From assembly GCA_002269645.1 (NCBI GenBank), contig NIVC01001087.1, forward strand, positions 62,001-126,000: a stretch of DNA of 64,000 nt, written 5' to 3'. Positions 32,726 to 45,638 of the stretch are shown here, piece by piece (the first letter of the stretch is position 1; every line of letters starts with the position of its first letter). This DNA is from Macrostomum lignano. Its lineage: Eukaryota. Made by a program: the position numbers and the translations under genes. Under the pieces are notes generated by a model. The model was not told the DNA's origin and searched no databases. It saw only the letters and a program-made list of their open reading frames with translations.

Positions 32726-35700
32726 GACTCGACTGGCAGCGACAGCCTGCTGGGCGCTGCGGACGCCGTAGATGATTTCTCGGCCAACGCCTCGTCTAGT
32801 TGACGCTTGTAATCGTCCAATAAGGATTCCATGTTGCTGATGCGCTGCAGGTAGGCCTAGGAAGATAAAAATGTAATGGATTTTTGGTTTGTCAAGAAAG
32901 TCAAGTTTGTTTTTTGGTTTGCCTCCCAAACTGAGCAGGATGGGAATAAATTCCCTTAAACTGAACAGGATGGGAATAAACTCCCCCAAACTGAACAGGA
33001 TGGGAATAAACTCCCCCAAACTGAACAGGATGGGAATAAACTCCCCCAAACTGAACAGGATGGGAATAAACTCCCCCAAACTGAACAGGATGGGAATGAA
33101 TTCCCCCAAACCGAACAGGATGGGAATGAATTCCCCCAAACCGAACAGGGTGGCAGTTAATTCCCCCAAACTGGACAGGATGGGAATAAACTTCCCCAAA
33201 CCGAACAGGATGGGAATAAACTCCCCCAAACCGAACAGGATGGGAATAAACTCCCCCAAACCGAACAGGATGGGAATAAACTCCCCCAAACCGAACAGGA
33301 TGGGAATAAACTCCCCCAAACTAAACAGAATGGGAATAAAATCCCACAGTCCGAGAGAAGACAGGAAAAAGATAACTCACCTGCTCACTTCCGGAGCCGC
33401 CCAACGTGCAGTCCAATCGATAGGAAGCGACAAACTCCTTGAGCATATCCCGCTCCCTACTCAACAGCCGCAAACGCCGTTTCAACTCGCCAAGCTCAGT
33501 CTCCAGCCGTTGAACTTTGACTTCAGCTTCAGACTGAGCAGCGGCAGACTCTGACAGGCTGCGCTCGGCGGCAGAGACAGCAATCTGCAGTTCCGCTCGA
33601 CCAGCCGTGGCCAGCGCCAGTTCGCGTTGAGCAGACGCCAGCCGAGCTGATTCCGAAGAGCAATGGTCAGCTGTTAGAGATTGATTGGCGCTTCTATCAG
33701 ACTGCTTGGCTTCGACCGTCTGTGCCGCGGCCAGATCGGCGGCCAGAGTAGCGGCCCGGGTCTCTGCGGATTCCAGCCGGCCTCGCAGAGACCGGTTCTC
33801 CTCTTCTAGGACTAGCCGATCGTCTCGGATCTGCTTGGCCGCGGCGAGCTGCTCTTTTAGTCGGGCATTCTGCTGGCGCACCTGCTCGTAGCTGTGAGAG
33901 AGTGAGTTCAAGGTGTTTTACTTAAGCCTGAGTTAGTTTACGAAATCTTTAAACAATTGACAGATTCCCCATCAAAGAACTGAAAGATTCCCCATCAAAG
34001 AACTGAAAGATTCCCCATCAAAGAACTGAAAGATTCCCCATCAAAGAACTGAAAGATTCCCCATCAAAGAACTGAAAGATTCCCCATCAAAGAACTGAAA
34101 GATTCCCCATTAAAGAACTGAAAGATTCCCCATCAAAGAACTGAAAGATTCCCCATCAAAGAACTGAAAGATTCCCCATCAAAGAACTGAAAGATTCCCC
34201 ATCAAAGAACTGAAAGATTCCCCATCAAAGAACTGAAAGATTCTCCATCAAAGAACTGAAAGATTCCCCATCAAAGAACTGAAAGATTCTCCATCACAGA
34301 ACTGAAAGATTCCCATCAAAGAGCTGAAAGATTCCCCATCAAAGAACTGAAAGATTCCCCATCAAAGAACTGAAAGATTCCCCATCAAAGAACTGAAAGA
34401 TTCCCCATCAAAGAACTGAAAGATTCCCCATCAAAGAACTGAAAGATTCCCCATCAAAGAACTGAAAGATTCCCCATCAAAGAACTGAAAGATTCCCCAT
34501 CAAAGAACTGAAAGATTCCCCATCAAAGAACTGAAAGATTCTCCATCAAAGAACTGAAAGATTTCCCATCAAAGAACTGAAAGATTCCCCATCAAAGAAC
34601 TGAAAGATTCCCCATCAAAGAACTGAAAGATTCCCCATCAAAGAGCTGAAAGATTCCCCATCAAAGAACTGAAAGATTCCCCATCAAAGAACTGAAAGAT
34701 TCCCCATCAAAGAACTGAAAGATTCCCATCAAAGAGCTGAAAGATTCCCCATCAAAGAACTGAAAGATTCCCCATCAAAGAACTGAAAGATTCTCCATCA
34801 CAGAACTGAAAGATTCCCATCAAAGAGCTGAAAGATTCCCCATCAAAGAACTGAAAGATTCCCCATCAAAGAACTGAAAGATTCCCCATCAAAGAACTGA
34901 AAGATTCTCCATCAAAGAACTGAAAGATTCCCCATTAAAGAACCGAAAGATTCCCAATCAAAGAACTGAGAGATTCCCTCGTCAAGCAACTGAGAGATTC
35001 CCCGTCAAGCAACTGAGAGACTCCAAGTCAAGCAACTGAGATATTCCGCGTCAAGCAACTGAGAGACTCCAAGTCAAGCAACTGAGATATTCCGCGTCAA
35101 ACAACTGAGAGATTCCTCGTCAAACAACTGAGAGATTGCCCATTAAACAACTGAGAGATTCCCCGTCAAACAACTGAGAGATTCCCCGTCAAGCAACTGA
35201 GAAATTCCCTATCAGGGAATTATTAGATTCCCCGTCAAACCACTGAGAGATTCCATGTCAAACAACTGAGAGATTCATGGCTAACGGAATCGAACCAGCG
35301 GCCATGGGTGGTGCGAGAGTCAGACCGCTTAATTGACTCACTGCTCCAACAGATAAAAGTACACTCACCGATCGATAGCTTCGTTGGCGCTCTTCAACCT
35401 GGCCCGTTCAGACTCGTGCAGCTTGGCCTGCAGCTCCAGTTCGTTGACCCGGGCTTGCAACTTGCTGGACTCTTCTAATTGGGCCTCGCGCTCGGCCAAG
35501 TGAGCCTTCCATTCCGACAGCTCCTTGGAGCGGATCTCGGCCTAAGAAGCGGGAATAAACTTTTTTTATTGTTAACACCAGGAAAATGGGTTAAAAAATA
35601 AAGGTAAAAGCCATTGATGCTAGTAGCGAATAGCGTATTGTCTATTTAATATAGACCCTACTCTACCCAAAAAACATCTACGCTACATAATAAACACCCA

Positions 35701-38700
35701 CCCTACCTAATAAACACCCACTCTACCTAATAAACATCCACCCTATCCAATATAGACCCCATCCTACTCAATAAACACCCGACCTAGCCAATATAGACCT
35801 CCAAACTTCCGAATGTAGACCCCCACCTGACCCACTAAACAACCACTCTACCCAATATACACCCACTCTACCCAATAAACACCCACCCTACCCAATAAAC
35901 ACCCACCCTACCCAATAAACACCCACACTACCGATTAAACACCCACACTACCGATTAAACACCCACTCTACCCAATAAACACCCACTCTACCCAATAAAC
36001 ACCCACCCTATCTAATAAACACCCATCCTATCCAATAAACACCCACTCTACCCAATAAACACCCACTCTACCCAATAAACACCCACCCTATCCAATAAAC
36101 ACCCACCCTACCCAATAAACACCCACACTACCGATTAAACACCCACCCTACCCAATATAGACCCCACCCTACCCCATTAGCAATCACCCTACCCAATAAA
36201 CACCCACCCTACTCAATATAGACCCCACTCTACTCAATAAACACCCACCCTACCCAATAAACACCCACCCTACCCAATATAGACCCCACCCTACCCCATT
36301 AGCAATCACCCTACCCAAAATAAACATCCCACCCTACATAACAAAGACCCACCACAAAGACCAATCCTAATTGTATCGGAATCCATAAAAACCAAGAATC
36401 TAAAACCCAAGAACAGTCAACTAATTCCAAAACATTCCCTAAAAAATTATAACAACCTGCATCCTAGCCTCCTCGGTCATTCGCAGCTCCCTCGAAGTCA
36501 ACTCAAACACCCTGTTTCGAGCCTCCTTCAACTCCAGCGCCAGTCGCTCCTTGTCAGCCGTGGCCCGCTCCTCCAGTTCGAGTTTCTCGCGATTCAGTCT
36601 GGTAACATTGCGCTGACAATCGTCCAGAGTGCGCTGGGTTTTGGATCGATAATCCTGGTATTCGTCACGAACTGTTTGCAGCTCGGCGGTGACCGTGGCG
36701 AGGCGGCTGCGCTCCTCGGTGGAACCTTCGCGCGATTGCAGGCGCTGATGAGGATAAGAGATGGGATCAGGGATGCAGTTGGGATGGGATCAGGGATGCA
36801 GTTGGGATGGGATCAGGGATGCAGTTGGGATGGGATCAGGTAGTAGTGATGCAATCAGGAAATCAGTGATGCAATCAGGGAATCAGTGATGCAATCAGGA
36901 AATCAGTGATGCAATCAGGAAATCAGTAATGCGATCAGGAAATCAGTGATGCAATCAGGAAATCAGTGATGCAATCAGGGAATCAGTGATGCAATCAGGA
37001 AATCAGTAATGCGATCAGGAAATCAGTGATGCAATCAGGGAATCAGTGATGCAATCAGTGAATCGGTGATGCAATCAGGAAATCAGTGATGCAATCAGGG
37101 AATCAGTGATGCAATCAGGGAATCAGTGATGCAATCAGGGAATCTGTGATGCAATCAGGGAATCTGTGATGCAATCAGGAAATCAGTGATGCAATCAGGG
37201 AATCAGTGATGCAATCAGGGAATCAGTGATGCAATCAGTGAATCAGTGATGCAATCAGGGAATCAGTGATGCAATCAGGGAATCAGTGATGCAATCAGGG
37301 AATCAGTGATGCAATCAGGGAATCAGTGATGCAATCAGGGAATCTGTGATGCAATCAGGAAATCAGTGATGCAATCAGGGAATCAGTGATGCAATCAGGG
37401 AATCTGTGATGCAATCAGGAAATCAGTGATGCAATCAGGAAATTAGTGATGCAATCAGGGAATCAGTGATGCAATCAGTGAATCAGTGATGCAATCAGGG
37501 AATCAGTGATGCAATCAGTGAATCGGTGATGCAATCAGGGAATCAGTGATGCAATCAGTGAATCGGTGATGCAATCAGGGAATCAGGAAATCAGTGACGC
37601 AATCAGGGATCGGTGAGGCACTCAGAGGACAGCATTCCAGCAGCTTACAATATTCTCATCCCTCAGACGGTGAATCTGTTGATCAGCTTCAATTCTCTGC
37701 CATTTCCTGGCGCTCTCCTCAGCAAGCAGTCGCATTTGAAGGCCGTTTATTTTAACATTGGATTCCACCTGTTGTTGCTGCTGCTGACGCCGGTCACCAA
37801 GTAGACCTGCGAATCGCAGAAAGAAAAATTTATTTCACTAAGTTTGGGGATAAAAAATCTGCCAGTGCCAGAAGATTTTTAGAATAAATATATAGGATTT
37901 TGAGCAAACTAAGATATTCATGAACTCTAATCGATAGAAATAATAATCCCAAATAGAAAGGGATAAAAATACTTAATAGGTAGAAATAAAAAACCCCGAT
38001 GGACAGGATAAAATCCCTGAATAGGGAAAAAAACTTACAATAAAATAGGAATGAAATTCCCCTAATAGATAGGAGGTAAAAATCCCCAATATATCGGGAT
38101 AAAATCTCCCAATAGGGATAAAAATCCCTAATAGATAGGGATGATAGATAGATAGATAGATAGGGAAAATAGGTCTAGATAGGAATATATATCCGCCAAT
38201 AAATAGGATTAAAAATCCCCAACAGTTAGGGATAAAACCCCCCATAGATAGGGATAAATCCTCATAGATAGGGATGAAAATCCCCCACCCAATAAATAGA
38301 GGGATAAAAATCCCTCAATAGATAGGGATAAAAATCCCTCAATAGATAGGGATAAAAATCCCCCAGTAGACAGCAATAAATGGAAGCTTCAGCTTCACCC
38401 CAAGCAAAACCAAACTCTCCCAACACTCACTAGGCGCCGGACTCTGCCTCGGCAGTCCAGCGGCGGCAATAAAATCAGACGATGCGGTAGTCGACGACCG
38501 ACTGTCGCCTTCAAAAGTTCCAGACTGCTGACGCCACCGATTCTGCTGCTGTTGCTGCTGCAGAGCTAGTCTATTCGACATCGCTGATGTCGGAGGCGGC
38601 GGAGGTCCCTGCGGCGGTTGAAAACTGCGCGAATAATCCCGGGAATATCGTTTCAGAACGGGATCCCGGATGCCCAACTCCATTGGAGTTGCGGCGGCGG

Positions 38701-38902
38701 AGGCGGTTGACACACCGGCAGACGCACCGAGGCCGGCAGTTTCGCCAAGAAGCGGCGTCTTCGGCGGCAGATTCTGCATGTCCTCGGAGCCGAAGCTGGA
38801 CGACAGGGACACTGAGGACGATGTCTCCTGGAAGCAGCAGCGACGCTTGGCGGCGGAAGCGGACGAAGCTTCGGCGGTTCCGGCGGCGGATTTGTTGCTC
38901 AT
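30687..38902 (-). CDS. MAD1L1: Mitotic spindle assembly checkpoint protein MAD1, 9 coding exons, ~874 aa
   Basis: Exons 38902-38431, 37806-37649, 36744-36457, 35541-35369, 33891-33381, 32856-32627, 32529-32439, 31748-31458, 31097-30687 total 2625 nt, GT-AG and phase-consistent. Long coiled coil; [17 protein letters not shown] matches the Mad2-interaction motif (human RTKVLHMSLNP); C-terminal domain LLGYRVQ...[14 protein letters not shown] matches human LTGYQID...SIPAFLSSLTLELF. Confidence 0.93.
31149..31430. repeat. (GACA)n microsatellite in MAD1 intron 8
   Basis: Read directly. Confidence 0.95.
31840..32420. repeat. 28-bp minisatellite GGGGAATCTTGGGATATGGGGAATSGAA in MAD1 intron 7
   Basis: Period 28 (32044/32072). 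Confidence 0.94.
32925..33345. repeat. 30-bp minisatellite CTCCCCCAAACTGAACAGGATGGGAATAAA in MAD1 intron 5
   Basis: Period 30. Confidence 0.95.
33960..35275. repeat. 23-bp minisatellite GATTCCCCATCAAAGAACTGAAA in MAD1 intron 4, degenerating after ~34960
   Basis: Read directly. Confidence 0.96.
35690..36350. repeat. 20-bp minisatellite AATAAACACCCACCCTACCC in MAD1 intron 3
   Basis: Read directly. Confidence 0.92.
36765..37610. repeat. Compound array in MAD1 intron 2: 23-bp GGATCAGGGATGCAGTTGGGATG then 20-bp GATGCAATCAGGGAATCAGT
   Basis: Read directly. Confidence 0.95.
37960..38365. repeat. Degenerate ~21-bp array AATAGATAGGGATAAAAATCCC in MAD1 intron 1
   Basis: Read directly; old, diverged copies. 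Confidence 0.8.
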
Positions 38903-38998
38903 TCGATCAGTTTAAGGGGGAGGGAAGCATTGGAAGGATGGTCTAATGTACTACTGATGCCAGGCTGAAAGTAGTAGTAGTAGCTGTGTATGATGCTA

Positions 38999-39200
38999 AG
39001 GGATCTGGGAAGCTGGCCCAGCAACTTAGGATCTGGAAGGCTGGCCCAGCAACTGAGGATCTGAGAGGCTGGCCCAGCAACTGAGGATCTGGGAGGCTGG
39101 CCCAGCAACTGAGGATCTGGGAGGCTGGCCCAGCAACTTAGGATCTGGGAGGCTGGCCCAGCAACTGACACTATGGGAGGCTGGCCTAGCAACTGAGGAT
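38999..39200. repeat. 28-bp array GGATCTGGGAGGCTGGCCCAGCAACTGA between EDF1 and MAD1
   Basis: Period 28 (39085/39113); a related ~50-bp piece lies at ~29422-29470. Confidence 0.92.
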
Positions 39201-39314
39201 CAGGTAGTGTGCAAAGCAAGCAACAATGAAAGCGAACTGAAGGTCAGACAATTGAAACACAAAAAGCTGCTCAGTTAACGCACCAGACCCCAGTGGAATC
39301 TCAGATCCATTCGA

Positions 39315-39320
39315 TTTATT
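39315..39320 (-). terminator. Candidate EDF1 polyadenylation signal AATAAA
   Basis: TTTATT on + at 39315-39320, with a U/GU-rich element (TTTTTGTGTTT on -) about 50 nt downstream. Confidence 0.5.
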
Positions 39321-39817
39321 GTACTAAACTGTTTAGCAAGCTTTTTCAGAATACAGAAAAGTCGAATATTGGACAACTGTAGTCTGTAAATATTGCCTCG
39401 AAATAGGAATCGAGTTTGAGGCATCAACAATTCTGTCAGTAACTGTAGTTCGGTACTTATAGTAGTATTACTTCATATGTGTAAATGTTAAAACTGAAGT
39501 CAAGCTACAGTAATAATAAGCATAATACGCAAATATAATTAAACAATGTACACTAATAATTGACACGGCAGGTAGCTGCTAAGTAATAGTAATAGTTTTA
39601 TGTCGCTTTAGTTTCTTTCTTCAAAATAAATAACCACTTAGAAGCGCAGGTGAGAACTCATACACAATTCAACCCTAACCCCGTCGATGTTGCCTACAAT
39701 TTAAATTTGGAAGATTATTATAAAAATTCCGTGAATTTTTATGGAGAAAATAAACCAAGACGGCCGAACATAAGACTCGAATATTTTTCCCGAGTTTTCA
39801 ACCCGTGTCCATATTGT

Positions 39818-42211
39818 TCACTTTTTCTTGCCTTTGCCAGTGGCTGCTGCCGGCCCAGGAGCGGCAGTCGGCTGCGACAGAGACTGGCCCTTCTCTTTGC
39901 CGCGCAATTTTATGCCAATCTGGCGTTCGATTTTGCCAAGCACCTGATTGTTGGGAATGGCTTGGCCGTTCTCGTATTCGGCTATCACCTGGGGAGCGGG
40001 CGGAGCGATGGCAGCGCACTGATTAGCTAGGTGAGATTAGATACGTAGTGGATAGACTGGGATTAGAATCATAGTGGATAGAGTGAGATTAGATACATAG
40101 TGGATAGAGTGAAATTACGATACATAGTGCAAATATTGAGATTAGATACATAGTGCACAGAGTGAGACTAGAAACTCGGGTAAACCGCGAGATTAGAGAC
40201 TCGGGGAACAGTGAGATTAGAGACTCGGGAAAACAGTGAGATTAGAGACTCGGGGAACAGTGAGATTAGAGACTCGGGGGAAACCGTGAGATTAGAGACT
40301 CGGGAAAACAGTGAGATTAGAGACTCGGGGGAAACCGTGAGATTATAGACTCGGGGAACAGTGAGATTAGAGACTCGGGAAAACAGTGAGATTAGAGACT
40401 CGGGGAACAGTGAGATTAGAGACTCGGGGAACAGTGAGATTAGAGACTCGGGGGAAACCGTGAGATTAGAGACTCGGGGGAAACCGCGAGATTAGAGACT
40501 CGGGGAAACCGTGAGATTAGAGACTCGGGGAACAGTGAGATTAGAGACTCGGGGGAAACCGTGAGATTAGAGACTCGGGAAAACAGTGAGATTAGAGACT
40601 CAGGGGAAACCGTGAGATTATAGACTCGGGGAACAGTGAGATTAGAGACTCGGGGGAAACCGTGAGATTAGAGACTCGGGAAAACAGTGAGATTAGAGAC
40701 TCGGGGGAAACCGTGAGATTAGAGACTCGGGAAAACAGTGAGATTAGAGACTCGGGGGAAACCGTGAGATTAGAGACTCGGGGGAAACCGCGAGATTAGA
40801 GACTCGGGAAAACAGTGAGATTAGAGACTCGGGGGAAACCGTGAGATTAGAGACTCGGGGAACAGTGAGATTATAGACTCGGGGAACAGTGAGATTAGAG
40901 ACTCGGGGGAAACCGTGAGATTAGAGACTCGGGGGAAACCGCGAGATTAGAGACTCGGGGAAACCGTGAGATTAGAGACTCGGGGAACAGTGAGATTAGA
41001 GACTCGGGGGAAACCGTGAGATTAGAGACTCGGGAAAACAGTGAGATTAGAGACTCGGGGGAAACCGTGAGATTATAGACTCGGGGAACAGTGAGATTAG
41101 AGACTCGGGGAACAGTGAGATTAGAGACTCGGGAAAACAGTGAGATTAGAGACTCGGGGGAAACCGTGAGATTAGAGACTCGGGAAAACAGTGAGATTAG
41201 AGACTCGGGGGAAACCGTGAGATTAGAGACTCGGGGGAAACCGCGAGATTAGCGACTCGGGGAACAGTGAGATTAGAGACTCGGGGGAAACCGTGAGATT
41301 AGAGACTCGGGAAAACAGTGAGATTAGAGACTCGGGGGAAACCGTGAGATTAGAGACTCGGGGGAAACCGTGAGATTAGAGACTCGGGGGAAACCGCGAG
41401 ATTAGAGACTCGGGGAACAGTGAGATTAGAGACTCGGGGGAAACCGCGAGATTAGAGACTCGGGGGAAACCGTGAGATTAGAGACTCGGGGGAAACCGTG
41501 AGATTAGAGACTCGGGGGAAACCGCGAGATTAGAGACTCGGGGAACAGTGAGATTAGAGACTCGGGGAAACCGCGAGATTAGAGACTCTGGGGAAACCGT
41601 GAGATTAGAGACTCGGGAAAACAGTGAGATTAGAGACTCGGGGGAAACCGTGAGATTAGAGACTCGGGGGAAACCGTGAGATTAGAGACTCGGGGGAAAC
41701 CGCGAGATTAGAGACTCGGGGAACAGTAAGATTAGACTCGAGGAAACAGTGATAACAGACTTAGGAAACAGTGAGATTAGACTATGGAGTCAGTAACACT
41801 GGAAAAGAAGTGATATTAGAGACATCACGTGAAACTAATAGTAAGATTAGATAAAGATTAGACTAGATTATAGACACACATCAATGCAATAATTAAAGTC
41901 AGAGTTATATATGGGGTATAGGCACAAACCTGCGGCTTCTCATTAATCCTTGTGGCCAAATCCTTCTGACTAAGCCCCTTTGCTTGGCGGCCCTGCTGAA
42001 TAAGCTTGCCAACGTCCATGCCAACCCTGTTGTGATGCAGATTCTCAGTCTCCTGGTCCAGCTTCCTAGCATCTTTGTCAATCTTGTGCTGTTTATTAGA
42101 GCCGGAATCAAACTTTCTGTTAGCCTCAATCTGGAGACCCTGGCGTTGGGCCGAGGACAACTGCTGGGTGGTCTTGAGGTGGACCACTCGTTGATCATCA
42201 GCCTCTGCCAT
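39818..42211 (-). CDS. EDF1: Endothelial differentiation-related factor 1 / multiprotein bridging factor 1, 2 exons, 150 aa
   Basis: Exons 42211-41930 and 39988-39818. [14 protein letters not shown]...[24 protein letters not shown]|[31 protein letters not shown] closely matches the MBF1 helix-turn-helix. An acceptor TTTGCAG lies ~35 nt before the ATG. Confidence 0.97.
40030..41835. repeat. 22-25-bp minisatellite GAGATTAGAGACTCGGGG(G)AAACCGT in the EDF1 intron
   Basis: Read directly. Confidence 0.96.
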
Positions 42212-43340
42212 TTCTTGTTTAATTAGTGAGTGTCGACAGAAAACTGCAAATCAAATAGCAAAACTGGATGGCTCACATCTAATTTAAGGTTAATTAACTG
42301 TCAATGCTAACTATGGTTACTTCGGTTTATCTGGCCTTTTTCCCTGTTCAATCTGCGTTCTCTCCATCTTCTATTCTTAACAAGAGTTCCACCATAACCA
42401 AAATTTTCCCATATCCATCTGCATCTGTAAGCTCTAATTAATTTCCTGTAACTACCCAACCCATAACTTCTAATTATGATGTTAAATCCAATGGCAACAG
42501 TTCTTCTATTATTCACTATAGTACAAGCATATATAGCGATGAAATAGAATGATAACAATAGTTTCGACTGCTACTTATTAATATAACAGGTCTTATTTAA
42601 CCATTGTATAAGAATGGCTAGAACTGCATTTATCTTAATTTTAGGCCTCACAACCCCAACAAACAATACAATGTGCATATGGTGTAGAAAATCTCTATTG
42701 CTTAAATCCCCAAACTTAGTGACTTAAGAGCTCCCCTTGCATTTATAGTGAAAACATTCATCTTAACTTTAGCCCCTATGATCTCATCTACACAATGTGC
42801 ACATGGAGGCAAAGATTTTCTTGCTATTTGAGTCTCCAACCCTAGGGACTTAAGAGTTACTCTTACAATAGCTTTGAAGCTGGAGTCTTTCATTCATTTC
42901 TATTGTTCTACCCCTCCCACCCATTACATTAAATTAAGGGCTCCAATGATCTTTTATAAGTATTCTAAGTCTCAGTTATTGTCATAATTACATGCACCAT
43001 CCACTGTGCCCACAGCCCCACATGGAGATAGATACCCTTTTCCCCCTTGCCTATACCACTAGCATATTAAATTATTATTTTTTTTATTTGCACTAATTTT
43101 TGCTGCAACACAATACAATAGTCAGGCATCCACCTGCACCAACAACAATAATTCCAACTGGTGATCTTTGACAACCAGCCAAACTTCATGATCTGGACTT
43201 TTTACACTAATAGCTTGTAAGAATTGTGCCAAACAAACATGCTTTACCATGCTAGCCAAGTACTGGCTGATACATTTGGATAACTGCAATACTTATACCA
43301 CTCCAATGAGCCTATAGCACCATAGATAGAGTACTTTCTT

Positions 43341-43569
43341 GCTAGGTTTTTTTCGTCTATAACTTGGGTGTGATTTTGCACCCTGTGCTAGATTTCAGGG
43401 TGCGATTTTCAAGACCAGGATGCGCTGCACTGCTGCAGACAAAATTGTAAAATCCACATCACATCCTCGCAAAAAATTCTGATGCACTTTTTGCACCCTG
43501 AGTCAAATCTTAGGGTGTGATTTTTAAGACCAGGATGCTATTTGCACCCATTTGCACAAAAAACCTAGC
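43341..43569. mobile_element. Possible 229-bp MITE
   Basis: 12-bp inverted ends GCTAGGTTTTTT / AAAAAACCTAGC and an internal ~55-bp direct duplication (TTTGCACCCTG...AGGGTG.GATTTT.AAGACCAGGATGC). TSD ambiguous. Confidence 0.45.
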
Positions 43570-45638
43570 TTTGTTGGAGCTGCAAGACCTGTTAGCATAA
43601 TGGTATATTCGCTTTTTGCTAGTAGTCATCTTCAATTGACCCAATTGATTGACATTGCCAGTTAGTCCAAGAGTAGAAAGATAGCTGCTACCTAGCTTAA
43701 GTGCCAGATTAGAAGCAATGAGACTGATTAGCTAGTATAATTTACTCTGTGATGTCACAATCACAACCTAATACATAATTGATCATCCAATCAAAATTAG
43801 TGGACAAAGGTACAAGGTAGAAATTGATGAGTCAATTTTTTTCTACACAAATCAGTTAAGTGAAAAAAACCAAGAGTTCTTTTAATATAGTATATAAGAT
43901 ATTGCAAGATAAATGAGATAACTCATGTTCCTAGGGGGAACAATAGGCTTTTTAAGTGTCAAAACCCTTTTATTTATGCAAGAAGATTACTGTGAAGCTA
44001 TCTTTTAAGTGCAGCAAAGTGTGTCCGATGTGAAAATCAGTGCACAATTCTGTGAATTCAGTGAAAATCAACAAAATGATGATGTTTATAAATATACTAA
44101 TCATCAGTGTAAAGACACAACTTTGGTAAAAAAATCTATCAACAAATCTAATTTTTTTGCAAATGCAAAAATATACTTTGTTTATATATGCCAAGAGTGT
44201 ATAATTGATTTCATCAAGGATGACTAAAACATGCCCCCCAAATCCAAGAATGACCAAAAACATATTGAATCAAGGAACTTTCAATGGTTCAATAAAATGG
44301 AAGCCTATAATAAATACATTAGAACAAAACATGGTTAGGCATATGCTAAATTAAAATAGCAATATAACTTTGTGTCAAATCTAAGAAAAATGCATTCAAT
44401 TCTAGTAAGTCAAAGATTGTGGAAAAGCCTATATTGGGGAACAGAAAAATCTAACTACATTGAGAGTTTTATCAAGTCAAAGTGTACTAGAATTTTATCA
44501 CTTTTAAAGTTTACCAAGGAAAGGACAAATTTAGAAAGATCTATACAAACTTTGGTCTAGACAAAAGGCACCGAAAAGCCTATTTTTATATCTATTTTCA
44601 TAATGCCAAAATTTTATTGATTCAATAAAAAACAAATAAAATTTAGTATAGGCCCTAGGCCTAGGCCTATCAAATTCAAAATAGAACTTTGGGTATCAAA
44701 ATAATATGCAAAAATGCACCTAGACTCCTAGAGCTAATGCAACATCTAAGAAAAGCAAATAAAATTTTAGGCCTACTATGGAACATTTTGCATTAGACAC
44801 TTTGCTTGCAGTTCACTTCTTAGCAAATGGGATTAAATCAGTGTTATTATAAATAGCCATTAGGCCTAATTCAATGAGTTTCTATAAGATTGATATTATA
44901 TAGCTGAGTTGCTAGAAAAGTACAATAGGTAAATATTAGAGTTCATAATATATATATATATATATACATTTTTCAATGATAATCTAATGGATAGGCCTAA
45001 TGAAGGTCTAGGAGCCTAATGGCTAGTTAGCATAGTTGCCACAGGAAAATAAAAGAATATTAGCGCAGCAGAAAAGATTTAGCGCAGCGTAAAATAATTA
45101 GTTTTAAAGTTATGTAATCATTAAAAAGCAACCACGGATTAATAAATAATAGTAAGTCAAGTCTTAGGAAACCGAAAAGCTACATTAACCTGTTTATTTG
45201 AGTAACGAAATGATAATAAAAAACTTATTTCAGTTACTGACAATTGGATTGTATTACACTTGCACAGCAAGTACACATACATGTTCATATAGCTCGAACA
45301 CATACTCCTACACAAGTATGTGAATAACTATTTTCGAGTAGCTCCTAGACGAGAAAAAGCCTAGACGATATTTGATAACTTTAGGGAAAGGCTTGACTTA
45401 CTAAAGGTAGTTTTAAAATCGTACGAATTTCTTACTTTATTATGTTCTTAACAATTATTAGTTACATTTTTTCTTCTATTGGTTCCGGAATCGCTTTGTA
45501 AAAAGCATCTGTCACTATAGTCGATTGATTTCGATTTTAAACTCATTTTTTATTTTGAAATCAAACTAAGTTAAGTTCTAACTCTCCGTCAGCTCAGTTA
45601 ACATAAAAGTCAAACTAGCAAAAATTTCAATGTTCACT

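Noticed and set aside
38587-38946. + strand ORFs overlapping MAD1 exons (also 31489..31809 and 30719..31033)
   Set aside because: Antisense shadows of GC-rich coding exons.
42702-42893. NVFTINARG as the start of an APE endonuclease
   Set aside because: A stop follows within about 10 codons and no other endonuclease motifs are nearby.
43970-44560. Short AT-rich ORFs (44009..44227, 44372..44560) and also 50951..51255
   Set aside because: No recognisable motifs; lengths expected by chance.
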